A stretch of DNA of 25,353 bases from Candidatus Nezhaarchaeales archaeon (GTDB lineage Archaea; Thermoproteota; Methanomethylicia; Nezhaarchaeales; B40-G2): the NCBI GenBank assembly GCA_038894875.1, contig JAWAOK010000012.1, positions 1 through 25,353 of the forward strand, in the 5' to 3' direction. The notes under the pieces are model-generated. The model did not search any database. It saw nothing but the letters and a program-made list of their open reading frames with translations, and was not told where the DNA came from. Position numbers and translations under genes: made by a program. The first letter of the stretch is position 1, and every line of letters begins with the position of its first letter. Of this stretch, positions 23,744 to 25,353 are shown piece by piece.

Positions 23744-24448
23744 CTAGGGGGGCCGTCCCTGAGCCCCCTTCCTAGACCTCAACATATTCATTACCCTCGC
23801 CGTAAGCCCGCTTATGTGCGCCTCCTCCACTACCTTCTTAATGGCCTCTGCCACTAGCTCCTCATCTTCAGGCGACCTACCCACGACCCATACGTACCCG
23901 TTCTGGCCAACCACTATCTCGCAGCCAGTCTCCTTCTTTATCATGTTTATCATGGAGTGCCTCCGCCCTATGAGGCGGGGCACCCTGGCCGGGGGGATGG
24001 CTATTACTTGCCCCCTCGTTATCTTGCCCAGCCCCCGCTCTCGACAAGTTAGGGAGGGGTTGAGGGCCCTCTCAAACGAGGACACTTTGGCCAATAGCAA
24101 GTCCCCTATGTCGTAGAGCTTCCTCAAGTCCTCCTCCTGGGGGTTTATCTGTCTCGAAGATGCCTCAGAGACGTGGAGAAACGCCACGTGGGGGGCCCTT
24201 ATGTCGACTATGTAATTTAGCGAGACTACGTCTATTACCTCGCCTATGACTAAATCTCCCACCTTCGGTATGTATGGTCCGCTGAGGGCTACGACGCTCA
24301 CGGTACCTCTAACGTACCTAAAGACGCCGACGGTCGTCGAGTACAGCTTGGTGCCGTCCTTAATTACGTTCTGCCCCGCCCTATAGTTCCCCTCAGCCAG
24401 TAGCTCGCCGGGCACGGCTATGTCCCAGTCCTTAAGGTAGATGGGCAA
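23744..24448 (-). CDS. rrp4: Exosome complex RNA-binding protein Rrp4 (S1 + KH domains)
   Basis: TTG start. S1-like segment (PKVGDLVIGEV ... DIRAP) and KH segment (RLIGRRHSMINMIKKETGCEIVVGQNG). Confidence 0.9.
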   Translation of the reverse strand: MPIYLKDWDIAVPGELLAEGNYRAGQNVIKDGTKLYSTTVGVFRYVRGTVSVVALSGPYIPKVGDLVIGEVIDVVSLNYIVDIRAPHVAFLHVSEASSRQINPQEEDLRKLYDIGDLLLAKVSSFERALNPSLTCRERGLGKITRGQVIAIPPARVPRLIGRRHSMINMIKKETGCEIVVGQNGYVWVVGRSPEDEELVAEAIKKVVEEAHISGLTARVMNMLRSRKGAQGRPP

Positions 24449-24458
24449 GCCCCTCCCC

Positions 24459-25157
24459 CTAGCCTACGCTGAGCACCTTTACCTGGGCCTCCCCCCTCGT
24501 GATTGAGTTTAGCCTCTCCATGATAGATAACTGGAGCCCTGCAGGCACCTCTACCTCCCCCCTCCATGAGCCGTCACTCAGCCACTCGGAGCGCTTGACC
24601 TCTCCTATCTTAGAGACGAGGGGGTAGGCCTTCCTAGCGTAGGCGGCTGGGATCCTGACCTCGAGCGCGGCCTTCGCTACCTTTAGAGGCAGGATGGGCC
24701 TGAGGGCCTTGATTGCCTCCATTGCTTGAGACTCTACATCCTCAAATGGATTGATGGATATCCCGGCCTCTGCAAGGGCATTCTCTATCCTCAGTGGCGG
24801 GTGTGGGAGGTTCGTCCTAGGGTCTACGCAGTTCCTAGCAATGAAGTCTACTATCTGTCGCCTCTTGGACTCGATGAGCTCCCTCCGCTGCTCTGAAGAG
24901 AGCTGAAGCTCCCCTCGCCTAATTATCTGCTCCGCCACCTTCTCAGGATCGTCGGTCTTAAAGGCCCTGAGCAGCTCCTCCCTAGAGGCCTTGAGGCCCT
25001 TTCCAACGTCCCTAAATACTGCATTAATTATCAGCACCTCCTTAATATCCACTTGCCCCCCCTTCCTAAGCCTCCACGCTAGCTCCGGCCTTACGAGCAC
25101 CTCGAACCTCTCCTTACCCACCGCGAGCCTCGCTACTACCCCTCGCTCCAATGGCAA
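24459..25157 (-). CDS. SBDS-family ribosome maturation protein (Sdo1 orthologue)
   Basis: TTG start. VARLAVGKERFEVLV N-terminus (FYSH domain), about 230 aa, in the conserved position between psmA and rrp4. Confidence 0.88.
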   Translation of the reverse strand: MPLERGVVARLAVGKERFEVLVRPELAWRLRKGGQVDIKEVLIINAVFRDVGKGLKASREELLRAFKTDDPEKVAEQIIRRGELQLSSEQRRELIESKRRQIVDFIARNCVDPRTNLPHPPLRIENALAEAGISINPFEDVESQAMEAIKALRPILPLKVAKAALEVRIPAAYARKAYPLVSKIGEVKRSEWLSDGSWRGEVEVPAGLQLSIMERLNSITRGEAQVKVLSVG

Positions 25158-25164
25158 GCCTCCG

Positions 25165-25353
25165 CTAAGTTAAGGAGGTTAGGTACTTAGCGACGGCCTC
25201 CCTGCTCAGCTTCTCAAAGCGCCTCGTCTTAACGTCTACCGTGGCCAGCTCGACCCTCTCCGGAGACAGCCCTCCCTCAATCGCCGCTGCCAGGCTCTTT
25301 AGCGACAGCCTCACGGCCTCCTCCAAGGTCATGTTCTCGCGGTAGTTCTTCTC
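25165..25353 (-). CDS. psmA: Proteasome alpha subunit (3' end only; the gene continues beyond the window)
   Basis: Not in the ORF track because it has no start in the window. The minus-strand frame from 25353 reads EKNYRENMTLEEAVRLSLKSLAAAIEGGLSPERVELATVDVKTRRFEKLSREAVAKYLTSLT-stop (TAG at 25165-25167), typical of the PsmA C-terminus. Confidence 0.78.
   Translation of the reverse strand, partial: EKNYRENMTLEEAVRLSLKSLAAAIEGGLSPERVELATVDVKTRRFEKLSREAVAKYLTSLT

Overview
GC-rich archaeal chromosome segment that looks crenarchaeal (Thermoprotei-like): many TTG/GTG starts, overlapping start/stop junctions, tRNA introns with bulge-helix-bulge (BHB) motifs and a stand-alone 5S rRNA gene. Almost all of it is core information-processing genes. 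Left to right: a partial UPF0282 beta-lactamase-fold gene. Then a long minus-strand run: nop5, fibrillarin, UPF0216, an XRE-type regulator, a radical SAM/SPASM enzyme and an Sm-like/winged-helix fusion. Next an E1-like (MoeB/ThiF) gene sits divergent from a small beta-grasp ORF ending in Gly-Gly, separated by about 480 nt of noncoding DNA. That ORF leads into a plus-strand ribosomal protein block: S19-L22-S3-L29-Rpp29-S17-L14-L24-S4e-L5. After a convergent FAD-dependent gene comes an RNA gene island: tRNA-Pro with 1 intron, tRNA-Cys, tRNA-Trp with 2 introns, about 360 nt of unassigned structured DNA, and 5S rRNA. Then a DUF1512-like gene plus a zinc-ribbon membrane ORF, methionine aminopeptidase and archaeal PPAT. 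The window ends with the minus-strand exosome/proteasome superoperon (psmA partial, SBDS, rrp4, rrp41, rrp42, L37ae, Brix, Pcc1, prefoldin beta), which runs straight into a small ORF and an ecfA-ecfA'-ecfT module. I found no CRISPR array, mobile element or recognisable defence system. The points most worth a second look are: a perfect 104-bp direct repeat giving the two ECF ATPase genes identical 5' ends; the E1-like/Gly-Gly pair, where the E1 seems to lack the conserved Cys; two long noncoding structured regions I could not assign to an RNA family; the doubly interrupted tRNA-Trp; and a small ORF after prefoldin beta with no canonical start for its coding-looking N-terminal part. All calls come from reading the sequence and translations by eye. 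No searches were run.
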